Positions 40,562 through 52,600 of a stretch of 57,943 nucleotides of DNA are shown piece by piece. The stretch is from Pedobacter sp. (GTDB lineage: Bacteria > Bacteroidota > Bacteroidia > Sphingobacteriales > Sphingobacteriaceae). Made by a program: the position numbers and the translations under genes. The notes below the pieces were generated by a model that worked only from the letters and a program-made list of their open reading frames with translations, did no database searches and was not told where the DNA came from. Positions within the stretch are counted from its first letter, which is position 1, and every line of letters begins with the position of its first letter. The stretch covers positions 1 through 57,943 of the forward strand of contig JAPSHM010000001.1 of NCBI GenBank assembly GCA_031179845.1, written 5' to 3'.

Positions 40562-40896
40562 TATGTTGTAGATTTGTTATTGCTTTCTAAATCCAATTTA
40601 CTCGTTGTCTGTTAAACTATCAATAGCTGAACGAAAATAATTGAAAAAAAATATAATTCTGTGTTTTTTTATTTTATTAGTGTTTAATATGGTGTCTTCC
40701 CGCATTTTGATATGTTAATTGGAGGCTGCTATACCAAATATGATTTCGGTATTCGGTATTGTTGTTATGCGAGCATTGTAATTTTTCTAATATTCTTCTT
40801 AAAAGCGCTCAACCTTTGATAAAACTTGAAAAGAAATTCGTTTTTAACGGAGCAATTTTTTTTCATTGTATTTGGTACTGCTGCAAAAGTCAGCGC

Positions 40897-40932
40897 AAAA
40901 AAAAGCCCTTTGAACTTCAAAGGGCTTTTTTT
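40897..40932. terminator. Intrinsic terminator after atpC
   Basis: AAAAAAAAGCCCTTTGAA-C-TTCAAAGGGCTTTTTTT. Confidence 0.92.
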
Positions 40933-40949
40933 AAATAATGGATAAAATA

Positions 40950-41192
40950 CTAAGCAACCCCTTCGGCCAGAACTATAATTTTGTTCTTTAGGACCTCGAC
41001 TACACCACCTTTAATAATGAAGGTACTTTCGCCGGTACTGCTTTTGATAATTACGGGGCCATCTTCCAAAGTTGAAATAATAGGAGCATGGTCTTTCAGA
41101 ATTTGAAAAGAGCCCATTGTTCCCGGTACAGTAACTGCTGTTACTTCGCCTTCAAATACTTTTTTGTCTGGTGTTAATATTTCTAATATCAT
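40950..41192 (-). CDS. atpC: ATP synthase F1 epsilon subunit (short form)
   Basis: LEILTPD, PGTMGSFQILKDHAPIIS and GGVVEV. It follows atpD. Confidence 0.96.
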   Translation of the reverse strand: MILEILTPDKKVFEGEVTAVTVPGTMGSFQILKDHAPIISTLEDGPVIIKSSTGESTFIIKGGVVEVLKNKIIVLAEGVA

Positions 41193-41216
41193 ATATAATG
41201 TATATACGCTTTAAAC

Positions 41217-42740
<1,524 letters not shown>

Positions 42741-42792
42741 TTATAAATATCAAATTGTTAAAGGCTCTTTTTTAACCCTGCAATTCGGTTTG

Positions 42793-42800
42793 CAAAGTTA
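42793..42800 (-). promoter_or_regulatory. -7 promoter element for atpDC
   Basis: TAACTTTG on the minus strand. Confidence 0.7.
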
Positions 42801-42939
42801 AAATTTTTATACTTAAATTACCTATATTAATAAAAAGTTTTTCAACACTCGATTAATTGGTATTTTAGCCGACCTCACAGTATCATTGATTCCAGCTTTA
42901 TAGGGGCTGGATAACTGTCAGTTAAGTAATTGCAAATAC

Positions 42940-43848
42940 ATGAAATCAATATTAGTAACAGGAAGTAACGGGCTTTTAGGCCAGAAAATAACTGAACGAT
43001 TGCTGGAGACCAAGCAGTTTAATTTAATAGCTACTTCCAAAGGAGGGAATCGCTTCCCGATTAAAGAAGGATATACCTATGCAGAGATGGATATCCTTGA
43101 TCCGGAAAATGTGAAGGCGATCATCGAAAAATATCAGCCAGATGCTGTGATCCATACCGCTGCAATGACCAATGTCGATACCTGTGAATCTGAAAAGGAA
43201 TCGGCCTATGCGTTAAATGTTGGATCGGTAAAAACGTTGATATCCCTTTGTGAAGCACATAATATTCAGTTTGTTCATTTATCTACCGATTTCATTTTTG
43301 ATGGTGCCAATGGTCCTTACGATGAAACGGCCAAAGCGAATCCTTTAAGTTATTATGGTGAAACGAAGCTGGAGGCGGAAGAAATCATAAAGAGGTCTGC
43401 TTGTCGCTGGGCAATACTGCGCACGATCATTGTATATGGCGTGGTAAGTGATATGAGCAGGAGCAATATTGTGCTATGGGCAAAGGGCGCGCTTGAAAAG
43501 GGGAATCCCATTAATGTAGTTAATGACCAATGGAGAATGCCAACGTTAGCTGAAGATCTGGCAGATTGCTGTCTGCTGGCAGTAGAAAAAAATGCGCAGG
43601 GTGTTTACAATGCTTCTGGTAAGGACATGATGAGCATTTCTGAGCTGGTAAGCCGCGTGGCTGACTTTTGGCAATTGGATAAGTCGCTGATACAGGATGT
43701 AAGTGCAGAAACGTTAAATCAAACGGCAAGACGACCGGCGCGCACTGGTTTCATATTAGATAAAACGATATCAGATCTAGGTTATAACCCACATAGTTTT
43801 GAAGAGGGGTTGGCGATAGTTGACAAACAGATCAAATCAAGTAAATAG
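42940..43848 (+). CDS. dTDP-4-dehydrorhamnose reductase-like SDR (RfbD/RmlD family)
   Basis: GSNGLLG, AAMTNVD.CE, STDFIFDG, YGETK and DQWRMPT. Confidence 0.88.
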   Translation: MKSILVTGSNGLLGQKITERLLETKQFNLIATSKGGNRFPIKEGYTYAEMDILDPENVKAIIEKYQPDAVIHTAAMTNVDTCESEKESAYALNVGSVKTLISLCEAHNIQFVHLSTDFIFDGANGPYDETAKANPLSYYGETKLEAEEIIKRSACRWAILRTIIVYGVVSDMSRSNIVLWAKGALEKGNPINVVNDQWRMPTLAEDLADCCLLAVEKNAQGVYNASGKDMMSISELVSRVADFWQLDKSLIQDVSAETLNQTARRPARTGFILDKTISDLGYNPHSFEEGLAIVDKQIKSSK

Positions 43849-43927
43849 TAAAGTTCTAATTTAAAGTAGATTAGGCTGCTTATATGATTTATTTGATAAA
43901 AAAATTGTTAAAATCAATTTCAAGCAT

Positions 43928-43935
43928 TACTTTTG
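43928..43935 (+). promoter_or_regulatory. -7 promoter element for the tRNA
   Basis: TACTTTTG, with TTG about 20 nt upstream. Confidence 0.7.
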
Positions 43936-43958
43936 CAGTCCGTTAACGAAACGGAAAT

Positions 43959-44032
43959 GCATTTGTAGCTCAATTGGATAGAGCATCTCACTACGGATGA
44001 GAAGGTTTGGGGTTCGAATCCCTACAAGTGCA
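43959..44032 (+). tRNA. tRNA-Arg(ACG)
   Basis: Acceptor GCATTTG/CAAGTGC, D-arm AGCTCAATTGGATAGAGC, anticodon arm TCTCA-CTACGGA-TGAGA and T-loop GGTTCGAATCC. CCA is not encoded. Confidence 0.97.
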
Positions 44033-44035
44033 CTG

Positions 44036-44063
44036 AAGGCCTTAGAGAAATCTGAGGCTTTTT
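44036..44063 (+). terminator. Terminator after the tRNA
   Basis: AAGGCCTTAGA-GAAA-TCTGAGGCTTTTT. Confidence 0.8.
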
Positions 44064-44076
44064 GCTTTATAGAATT

Positions 44077-45093
44077 CTAATCTCTGTCTAGTCTGTCGGT
44101 GTATCCCATAGATTTAAGCCTTTCCTTTATTACTTTATCTATTTTAGCCTTAGTGGTATAAAAGGCAAGAGTTTTCAGTGAATCTGGTCGGGGAAGCTTA
44201 ACGAAATTTTCGAAGTCAATTGCAGTTTTGTAGATTCTGAGATGACTTAGTTTGTTTAATTTATCTATACCTGTAAATGTGGTAAAGGTTTTACAGTTCA
44301 ATAGCTTAATATCTTCTAGGTCTTTTAAGAGCTGATCAAAGTGTAGTTCCTTTAATTGTATATTGTCCTCAACTAGCAAAGTTTTTAACTTCCCAAAGTT
44401 TGATATATTACTTAAATTGTTAAAACCTCGTACCCAAACAATTTCTAAGTTTTCAATATTATTTTTTTCTATCTCCTCAATATTGCTTCGACCACCTAGG
44501 ATAATCTTTAAGGTCTTAAGTTCTTTGAGTTTGTTAATAAAGTGTAGTGGAGCCTTGGAAATTGAATTCAGATTTAGCTGATTTAATTGACTAAGTTCTC
44601 CTATAGAATCAATGTTTTTTGTATGTCCACAGACCATTAGTGTGGTCAAGTTGTGGTAGTTTCTTAGGTGATCTAAATTAAATGCCTTTGTTCTAGTCTC
44701 TGTCAGCATTAGGTATTTAATCTTATGGAGATTTTCCGCACCCAATATTTCAGTTTCTTTCATTTCAAAAACGCCAAGTCCAAATCGTTCAAGGTGCATA
44801 AGTTTAGTAACAATCTCCAAATTTTTAACTTCCAACATGCAGTCCAGAGACAAATATTTTACGTCAGGTATTCTTTCCAGATTTTTACAGTCGAAGGTGT
44901 GTCCATAGAACCTGACACCAAAATGAGAATCATAGCGCTTGCAAAGGTTATTAATTTCATTGAGAAGTTTGTCAGTATAAAAATTATCAGAAAATTGTAC
45001 GATGACATCCCAACCTAATTTTATCTGTTGTGCAATTAGCTGACGGTTTAGTTCTTTTGGATTTTGGATTCTGTTTTGTAGGATCATGAGCAT
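44077..45093 (-). CDS. Leucine-rich-repeat protein
   Basis: Repeated LxxLxxLxL units (e.g. IGELSQLNQLNLN, INKLKELKTLKI, ISNFGKLKTLLV). No signal peptide; AT-rich. Confidence 0.8.
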   Translation of the reverse strand: MLMILQNRIQNPKELNRQLIAQQIKLGWDVIVQFSDNFYTDKLLNEINNLCKRYDSHFGVRFYGHTFDCKNLERIPDVKYLSLDCMLEVKNLEIVTKLMHLERFGLGVFEMKETEILGAENLHKIKYLMLTETRTKAFNLDHLRNYHNLTTLMVCGHTKNIDSIGELSQLNQLNLNSISKAPLHFINKLKELKTLKIILGGRSNIEEIEKNNIENLEIVWVRGFNNLSNISNFGKLKTLLVEDNIQLKELHFDQLLKDLEDIKLLNCKTFTTFTGIDKLNKLSHLRIYKTAIDFENFVKLPRPDSLKTLAFYTTKAKIDKVIKERLKSMGYTDRLDRD

Positions 45094-45125
45094 TACTTTG
45101 AGAGTCCAAGATAATCGATCCTAAT

Positions 45126-45938
45126 TCAAAATGCAATGAGTATTGGGGATCTGATTTTCTTCAGCCAGTTTTGAAAGGATTTCCTTAAAGTATTTTTGTG
45201 TTCAACTTTTCTTTCTGTCGTGTCAGTAGTCTCAGTCTTTAAAGTGCTTTTAAAAAAATAAAGAGATGTTGAGTTTATTAGTTTTGGTTTAACGATTACG
45301 CCTTCCTTAATTAGTTCATTAAATTCCTTTTCAACCTTCGTGGTATCTCTGTAGTCCGGATATTTATTTCGTTGGTTTTTTATGAAGTTTGTAAGTCTCC
45401 ACAAGTCGAATCCATCGTGTCTTGGCTCTGGGAAATACGCAAAGTCAAAATCAACAATTTTATCCTTAAAGTGCGCAGCTAAACCAATACCATGAAATGC
45501 GTAAAAGTAAATACCTTCATCAATTAGCTTTCCTGTTTGCTCATAAACATTATTATGCCAGCCTTCAAGAATATCGTTGACTTTGTATTTGGCTTTAAAA
45601 ATATTGACTGCTTGGTTAGCAGAAATCTGATAGTCTTTAATAATATCGATAAGACTAATTTTGTAAATTGAGATTACTTTAGTTAGCTCCTCATAGGCTT
45701 CATTGTCGCAAAGTGCTTTAATTTCAATTAATATTTTTTCGGTATATTCTTTTGAGGTAAGTCCTTTTTCAACGAGCTCTATATCTTGAAGTACACTAGT
45801 GATTTTTGACCAAATACCATCCAAGTCTGAACCGAATTTTTCTAGGTCGGCCTTCTTATTTATTTTTAAAATTCCGTCTATATCTCCGCCATAGTGGCGA
45901 TATATTTTAATTCTGTCTGCGTTTATTATAGTGGTCAT
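45126..45938 (-). CDS. Hypothetical two-domain protein, C-terminal part DUF6896-like
   Basis: YAFHGIGL..IVDFDF..DGFDLWRL..F motif. A separate N-terminal ~90-aa domain reads IYRHYGGDIDG..W..LQDIELVEKGL. Confidence 0.6.
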   Translation of the reverse strand: MTTIINADRIKIYRHYGGDIDGILKINKKADLEKFGSDLDGIWSKITSVLQDIELVEKGLTSKEYTEKILIEIKALCDNEAYEELTKVISIYKISLIDIIKDYQISANQAVNIFKAKYKVNDILEGWHNNVYEQTGKLIDEGIYFYAFHGIGLAAHFKDKIVDFDFAYFPEPRHDGFDLWRLTNFIKNQRNKYPDYRDTTKVEKEFNELIKEGVIVKPKLINSTSLYFFKSTLKTETTDTTERKVEHKNTLRKSFQNWLKKIRSPILIAF

Positions 45939-45954
45939 CGGATTAGTGTTAATT

Positions 45955-45962
45955 CAAATATA
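45955..45962 (-). promoter_or_regulatory. -7 promoter element for the DUF6896-like gene
   Basis: TATATTTG on the minus strand, 16 nt upstream of the ATG. Confidence 0.65.
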
Positions 45963-46110
45963 AGTAAGTCTAGCATTAAAAGAGTCATCTGATAGGGTTG
46001 TCTAAGTTCTCATAAGGACTATGACGCTAATGAGTTTACAATTTGTTTGCCCTATAAGGATTAGATATGTATTTCTGATTTAAAGTTGAAATAATTTAGA
46101 CTTCAAACTA

Positions 46111-46154
46111 CTCTACTAGAGATAAACTAATTTTTTAGCATATCTCTAGTAGAG
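46111..46154. repeat. Perfect 14-bp inverted repeat made of two self-palindromic sites
   Basis: CTCTACTAGAGATA-N16-TATCTCTAGTAGAG. Each arm contains CTCTA-N-TAGAG. Confidence 0.85.
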
Positions 46155-46548
46155 ATAAATGTGAGTATTTATACACATAAAAATACCCTAGAGACAGCAT
46201 TGCGGCATTTGAATTGAGTTGTTTTGAGCCTGCATGAAACTATTAGCTGCCAAATTTCACCATAGAAGCTATTTCTTGCCCTTTTTCTTTTTCCAAGTCC
46301 GCTTATATTTTAACGCAAAATCTCTACTAAGGGGTTCTTGAGCAACTAACTCACTAATCCGTGCAATTTTCCTTAAATCATCAATGAATTTTTTTGAGTT
46401 CAGTTCGAAAGGGAGCACCACGGAAAGAGGGAATTTCAGCAATGAAATTTCCTCTTTCTGTTTTGAGCAAAGTATTGTCAAGTCAAAACCTAGGGCGACA
46501 TGAGTTTCTCATATCCTGGTTTCAGATGAATTTATTTTTATATTTATC

Positions 46549-47112
46549 ATGCAAAACGCTTTTGATATGAAAAATTTAACCTCTGTACTACTCATTTTTA
46601 TTTCTATCTATAGTTACGGTCAATCACCAAAACGGGCAGTGAAAAAATTAGGAAGTAATCCTGTAATTTTTATTGACAGTATAAATATATTGCAAAGTGA
46701 CTTGCAAAACTATGATCCAGACCAAATCGCTATAGTCACCATTATCAAAGATCAAGAGGCTAAAGATATTTTAGGAGAAGATGGTAAAGATGGTGTTGTG
46801 TATATTGAAACTATTCCATTTGCAAAAAAACGATATTGGAAATTCTTTCGCACCAAATCAAGCGCTTATGCCGATCTCTTTCCTGATGTTGATAGTGACA
46901 GTACTGTTCAGTACATCTTAAATACCAAGGTTTTAGGCCAAAAAGGTTTTGAAGGAAATCTAGCCTCAATTGATGATGAGGTTTTTAAAGAAATTAGTAT
47001 CGTTGACAAAGTAACTCTTGAAAAACAGTATGGTGTTACAAATAAAATCTATGGAGTTTTGATCGTATCTGATGTCCCTAAGAACCTTCATAACGGAAAA
47101 AAGATGTTTTGA
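46549..47112 (+). CDS. Hypothetical secreted protein with TonB-plug-like repeats
   Basis: Signal peptide from MKNL. Two units, PVIFID..DPDQIAIVTIIKD..GKDGVVYIET and YILN..EISIVDK..YG..GVLIV, resemble Bacteroidota plug-like domains. Confidence 0.6.
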   Translation: MQNAFDMKNLTSVLLIFISIYSYGQSPKRAVKKLGSNPVIFIDSINILQSDLQNYDPDQIAIVTIIKDQEAKDILGEDGKDGVVYIETIPFAKKRYWKFFRTKSSAYADLFPDVDSDSTVQYILNTKVLGQKGFEGNLASIDDEVFKEISIVDKVTLEKQYGVTNKIYGVLIVSDVPKNLHNGKKMF

Positions 47113-47293
47113 TTCATACAGCTTTTAATATCACAACCTTACCCAATCCTGACTTAGATTTATTTTCTGTGATTTCAAATTTATCATATAAGACGATTCT
47201 TTGTTCTAAAGAATTGACTAACCTGGGTTGGAACGGAGTAAAAATAAACTAGATAGTAGTAAAGGTAGAGGTGTCCATGGAATTGAATGAAAT

Positions 47294-47324
47294 AAAGGCC
47301 ATGGCTGCAATAGCCATGGCCTTT
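47294..47324. terminator. Bidirectional terminator between convergent genes
   Basis: AAAGGCCATGGCT-GCAAT-AGCCATGGCCTTT. Confidence 0.85.
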
Positions 47325-47339
47325 GTTTATAAAGTAATG

Positions 47340-48200
47340 TTAAAACTCAATAAAACTGGTTACTGGTAAATGATCTGAAGGATAACAATCTTGATTATAT
47401 GTATCAGATAGTACCTTATAATCAACGACGCTAATTTGCGAACTAACAAATATGTAGTCTATTCGACCACCCGGCTCACCTTGAAATACACCTCCAGGAA
47501 ACCCAGTTCCTTCAAAACCCTGTCTTTCAGTTTTCGTTGCATTATAGGCATCTTCTAGTACTTCTTTTATTGCGGTAATCTGTGATGTTTCAGGACGGGA
47601 GTTGAAATCGCCAGTTACAATAACAGGAGTATCTTTTGCAATTTCTTTGATTTGCTTTGCCATTAGCGGACCTGATTCCTTCCTTGCTATCTCCTTACGC
47701 CAATAAAAATGTGTATTAAAAAAGAAGAACTCCTTACCAGATAACTTCTCTTTAAATTTTGCCCAATTGCAAATTCGGCGATCACTGGCATCCCAGCCTA
47801 TGCTTGGAACCTCTGGTGTTTCGCTCAACCAAAAAACACCTGAATCAACCAGTTCAAAGAGAGCTCTTTTATACAAGATCGCAGCATTATGCAGATCACC
47901 TTTGCCGCCATATGGGTGAGCAACAATGTCAAACGCCGGAAGAAGCTCTTTCAAATCTTTAATTTGACCAGCATCTCCTTCTTGCGTACCTACTATGTCA
48001 AAACCATGCTGTCTGATCAGTCTGGCCAACGGTTCTTTACGTAGATCCCAGGGATTACCACTTTCGAGATCTATCTGCGCATTATAGCGGATATTATATG
48101 CCGCTACACGAAAGCTCGCTGGTACCAATTTAGCCGATTGAAACAAGAGCATACAGAAGAAGCAAGCAACAAATGCAAATAGTCTTTTTATAACCTTCAT
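47340..48200 (-). CDS. Secreted endonuclease/exonuclease/phosphatase (EEP) family protein
   Basis: YNIRY, DIVGTQE, FWLSETP, NTHF, GDFN, RIDYIF and PSDHLPV. Confidence 0.93.
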   Translation of the reverse strand: MKVIKRLFAFVACFFCMLLFQSAKLVPASFRVAAYNIRYNAQIDLESGNPWDLRKEPLARLIRQHGFDIVGTQEGDAGQIKDLKELLPAFDIVAHPYGGKGDLHNAAILYKRALFELVDSGVFWLSETPEVPSIGWDASDRRICNWAKFKEKLSGKEFFFFNTHFYWRKEIARKESGPLMAKQIKEIAKDTPVIVTGDFNSRPETSQITAIKEVLEDAYNATKTERQGFEGTGFPGGVFQGEPGGRIDYIFVSSQISVVDYKVLSDTYNQDCYPSDHLPVTSFIEF

Positions 48201-48208
48201 TTTTTTTA

Positions 48209-49630
48209 TTATTTAACGTCCCACCAAACCTTTGAGTTGATGTTATCACCGCCCATTTGCGCGGATGCAACCTTATAATTCGCAGGGTTGTATATTTTCT
48301 GAACGTCCGGATATAAAAGACGTGAAGGTAAAACACCTCCGTTTAACATGCTTTTCGTTGTTGGAAGCCTTGGAAAGCCGGTACGGCGGTAATCAGCCCA
48401 TTGCTGATTATCTGTAAAGTACGTCGCTAAATACTTATGCAGGATAATTCTCTCTAAGGTTCCATCATACTTGGCCAATGGACTATCGAAATAAGACTCG
48501 GGAAGAGCTTGTTTCGTCCAAAGTTCAATAGCAGCACGGATACCCGATTTAAAATGGCCTTCTGCATCGCTCCAGTGCCCTTTTTGAGCCAGTTCAGATT
48601 GAATAAATTCAACTTCTGCCAACGTCAGAATTGGAATAATCATAGGTGCTATCACCTGCTGGTTGTTCATATATGATGGTGAATAATCAAAGCTAGCTTC
48701 ATCATAACCACTCTGAATACCTTTGTAGCCTATTTTAACGGTATTTCTAACCGCCTCACCGGCAATCAACGGACGACGCGGATCTTCAAGGTCGTTCAAA
48801 ACATCCATAAAGAATTTGCCTACGGAATGTTCATTACTAAAATCCAATGCGCGTGACCAGGGAGAAATATTAGGTGTCACGCCAGTGACCTGCAATACGG
48901 CAACATCTGTAACAGTGCTGATAATCGGACTACCAGTTGGATCCTGCAGAATGGCTGCCATTTCTGAATATGAAGTAGGACGAACATCCGATGTACGTAG
49001 CAATAATCTCAATCGAAGCGAATTTGTGAACTTTTGCCATTTTCTGGTATCGTTCGCGAAAAGAATATCGGTTCCGTAGTTCATACCCTGCGTGTGATCG
49101 TAAAGGGAATTTGCTCGCTTCAAATCATTTAAAATCTGCGTATAGATATGCGCTTGTGTATCATATTTAGGTTGCAAAATACCATCCTCTGCGCGTGATG
49201 CTTCGGAGAAAGGGATGTCTCCAAATGTATCGGTAAGGTTCGAATAAATCCATGCATTTAAGGTGAGTGCAATTGCAGTATAATTAACTGCCTGATTAGC
49301 TTCCGCTGTAGCAAGCATTTCACGAATGTTTTTTGCCCATTTATAACCAGCATTCCATTGTGAGTTTCCAGTTGTTTCCAAAACTTCATAACGCTGAATT
49401 CCAGCATAGAACTCAGGGTAAGAAAGCTGAACCTGCATCAATTGAGCATTCACATTGTAATGGTTGCTCAGGTTATTAGACGCCATGTTGTAAATAACCT
49501 CGTTTAATAATGTACCAGGACTGATCTGATCGATCAAATTCGGGTTCTTATTGATTTCTTCGAAATTGTCGGTGCAGCCCGAGAAACCTAAAATCAAGCA
49601 CGCCGCTACAAATATTTTTATCTTTTTCAT
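48209..49630 (-). CDS. susD: SusD/RagB family lipoprotein
   Basis: Lipobox FSGC-TDNFEEINKNPN, TDTFGDIPFSEA, WQKFTNSLRLR, DYRRTGFP and VWWD. Confidence 0.95.
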   Translation of the reverse strand: MKKIKIFVAACLILGFSGCTDNFEEINKNPNLIDQISPGTLLNEVIYNMASNNLSNHYNVNAQLMQVQLSYPEFYAGIQRYEVLETTGNSQWNAGYKWAKNIREMLATAEANQAVNYTAIALTLNAWIYSNLTDTFGDIPFSEASRAEDGILQPKYDTQAHIYTQILNDLKRANSLYDHTQGMNYGTDILFANDTRKWQKFTNSLRLRLLLRTSDVRPTSYSEMAAILQDPTGSPIISTVTDVAVLQVTGVTPNISPWSRALDFSNEHSVGKFFMDVLNDLEDPRRPLIAGEAVRNTVKIGYKGIQSGYDEASFDYSPSYMNNQQVIAPMIIPILTLAEVEFIQSELAQKGHWSDAEGHFKSGIRAAIELWTKQALPESYFDSPLAKYDGTLERIILHKYLATYFTDNQQWADYRRTGFPRLPTTKSMLNGGVLPSRLLYPDVQKIYNPANYKVASAQMGGDNINSKVWWDVK

Positions 49631-49641
49631 TCTTTTTTAGA

Positions 49642-52600
49642 TTAAAAGTCAGCTTTTAAAGTAAGGCCATATGTTGCTGTATATGGCATCGGAGCCATTT
49701 CCAGCCCCGGTACGAAAACAGTACCATTCATGGTGCCTCCTTCCGGATCCCAGAATGGAAATCTGTCAAAAACAGCAAGATTTCGTCCAAAGGCGGTTAA
49801 GGATAAACTGTTGGCATAAATCGACTTAGCAAATTTTGTTGGCAGATTATAAGTTAATGAGACGTCACGAATTTTAATGAAACTAGCGTCAAACACGCCA
49901 GCTTCAGCAACCTGGTGATATTGACTATAATAGGAATTTGTGGCTGCCTGTACCGTATTCGTTGAATACGATCCATCAGTGTTTCTCATCACGCCTTTGC
50001 CTATAATAAATCCTTCATCACGACCAGGAATGGTGTTCGTTGTAAATCCATCCCAGGAAGAACGGTTATAGGTACCCGAATAAATTAGGCCACCATGTTG
50101 TCCATCCAACGTAAAGCTTAAACGGAGATCTTTATAGCGCAACGTATTTGTCAAGCCAGCTTTCCAATCGGGAGCAATGTTTCCGATATATTCTGAAGTA
50201 CTTGTACGCACTGGAATACCATTTTCGAAAACCTGATTGCCTGTTTCGTCACGAAGGAATTTTGGTCCCCAAAGATCTGTTGTACGTCCACCTACAGTAC
50301 CAATTAATGAGGCCTGCCAAACAGTTGCCAGCGTTTGTTTTTCAAGATTGTCGTTAAGTTGGATGATTTTGTTTCGATTCGTTGACCAGTTTACGGTTAC
50401 GTTCCAGTTAAAATCAGGGCTTTGAATTGCTTCACCCGTTAAGATCATTTCGACCCCTCTGTTCTGAACCTCGCCAGCGTTAATGACACGGCTGCTATAT
50501 CCGGAAACGACATCATTTGGCAAGGAAAGAATTTGGTTTTTTGTGCTCGACATATAATAAGTCGCATCCAAACTCAAACGGTTTTTCAAGAAACGCGCAT
50601 CAAATCCAGTTTCCCAGCTTGACGTAATCTCCGGTTTTAGATCTGCATTAAACATTGCTGAAGGTATGATCGCGGAACTTGCAAAACCACTTTGAGCATA
50701 GTATCTTGATGTCTGATAGGGCGCGGCATCACTACCCACCTTAGCATAAGAAAGTCTGTATTTCAAGTAGCTAACTGGTTCAGGCAGATTAAACAAATCC
50801 GACAAAATAAAACTGGAACTAACAGAGGGATAAAAATATGAATTGTTGTTTTTTGGTAAAGTGCTCGACCAGTCATTACGTCCGGTGATATCCAGATAGA
50901 TGCTGTTTTTCCAACCCAACGTAATCATACCATATATACCATTAATGTGTTTTTTGGAATCATTGGTTTTAACCATTGGGTTGTTCACGCCATTGGCCAA
51001 AGTATAAACACCAGGAACGATCAACGCATCAATCGAAGACATCACATTGCGGTGGTCGTAAGTCATTTTACTTGCTCCTCCCACAACCTTGTAATCGAAA
51101 TCTTCTGAGAAGCGATCTTTATAGGTTAAAAGGAAATCTGCATTTACTTCCTGACTTGATACGTCTTGTCTTCCATAATATCCAAGACGATGCTTTTGGC
51201 TAGAATAACCACGTTGTGTTTCCCGTAGCTGGGAAAGGGAATTGTAGGATACCCGTCCCATAACGTCCAGCTTATCTGAAAGTTTGATGTCGGCCCGAAC
51301 ATTTCCAACCAATTGGTTGCTGTTTAATGGGTTTGTGTCAACATTCATAAGAAAGTATGGGTTACTTGACCAGGCTGAGAAAGGATTTAATTGACTAACA
51401 TTTTTTTGTCCCTCTTTCCAGATCGGTTTATACCAATTGATATCCACATTTGGTAAAAGGAACATCATGAAATAGCCCAGGGAACCGTTACTCATACCAA
51501 AAGCCGGAAGGTTATCACTGCCTCTGTTGTTGAAATTTACGGTCGATGTTAACTTAATACGATTGGTTATATCATAGTTACCATTGAAAGAAACAGAATT
51601 ACGTTTATAACCAGTATTTGGTGCAATGTATTCATTGTCTGTCCGCGACAGGTTCAAGCGCATTGAACCTTTGTCATCACCACCTTGTAATGTCAATGAA
51701 TTTTCGAAAGTCATACCAGTACGGTAAAAATCCTTCATGTTATTCTTGTAAGGCTTCCAAAGTGAACGTTCGGTCGCCATAGTCTGAGTTTCCGGATCAT
51801 ACTGATAGAATTGCTGTCCATCAAATTTCGGACCCCATGCAGCAGGCGTGTTTGTATGGGGGCCATGTTCTGAGTCGCCAAAAGAATAGTATGGTTTACC
51901 ATTAGCATCTAATGCATTCAATCGCCCACCACCATATTCATACTGATAGTTTGGCCAGTTGGTAATATGATCAAACAAAGCGGTGGAGTTGATACTAATA
52001 CCTAATTTCTTATTTTTCTTTCCTGATTTTGTGGTGATAATCACCGCACCATTGGCAGCACGGGAACCATACAGAGCAGCTGCAGATGGACCTTTTAAAA
52101 CACTAACACTTTCAATATCATCTTGTCTCAATTCAGAGATTGCATTTCCATAATCTACCGGAGCCTCGGTTCCATAAGCTGCACCAACATTATTCCCATA
52201 AGCCGTTGTCTCCTGGTTCATCGGTACTCCGTCGACTACAATCAGTGCATTGTTACCACCGGCATCCAGAGAAGTGGTACCCCGTAACTGAATAGCTTGT
52301 GAGTTAATCGGCCCTGTATTACCGTTAATGATATTCAAACCCGCCACTTTACCCTTTAAACCTTCTGACCAGTTCGTCGAAGCCGCTGTCGACAATTGCT
52401 CAGCACTAACCGTTTGTTGAGCATAACCAATTTCCTTTTCTTTACGGTTAATACCTAAGGCCGTTACCACTACCTCTTCCATTGTGGTATTGTTCTCCTT
52501 TAATGTAATATTTAGGATTTTTTGCCCGCTATAAAGAACCTCTTGAGGGATAAATCCAATAGAACTAAATACCAAAGCAATTCCACTTTGTGGTATTTTA

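Noticed and set aside
46269-46481. 70-aa minus-strand ORF ending in a poly-Lys tail
   Set aside because: TTG start, an in-frame stop 10 codons upstream and no recognisable family. It may be a gene remnant but cannot be supported as a CDS.
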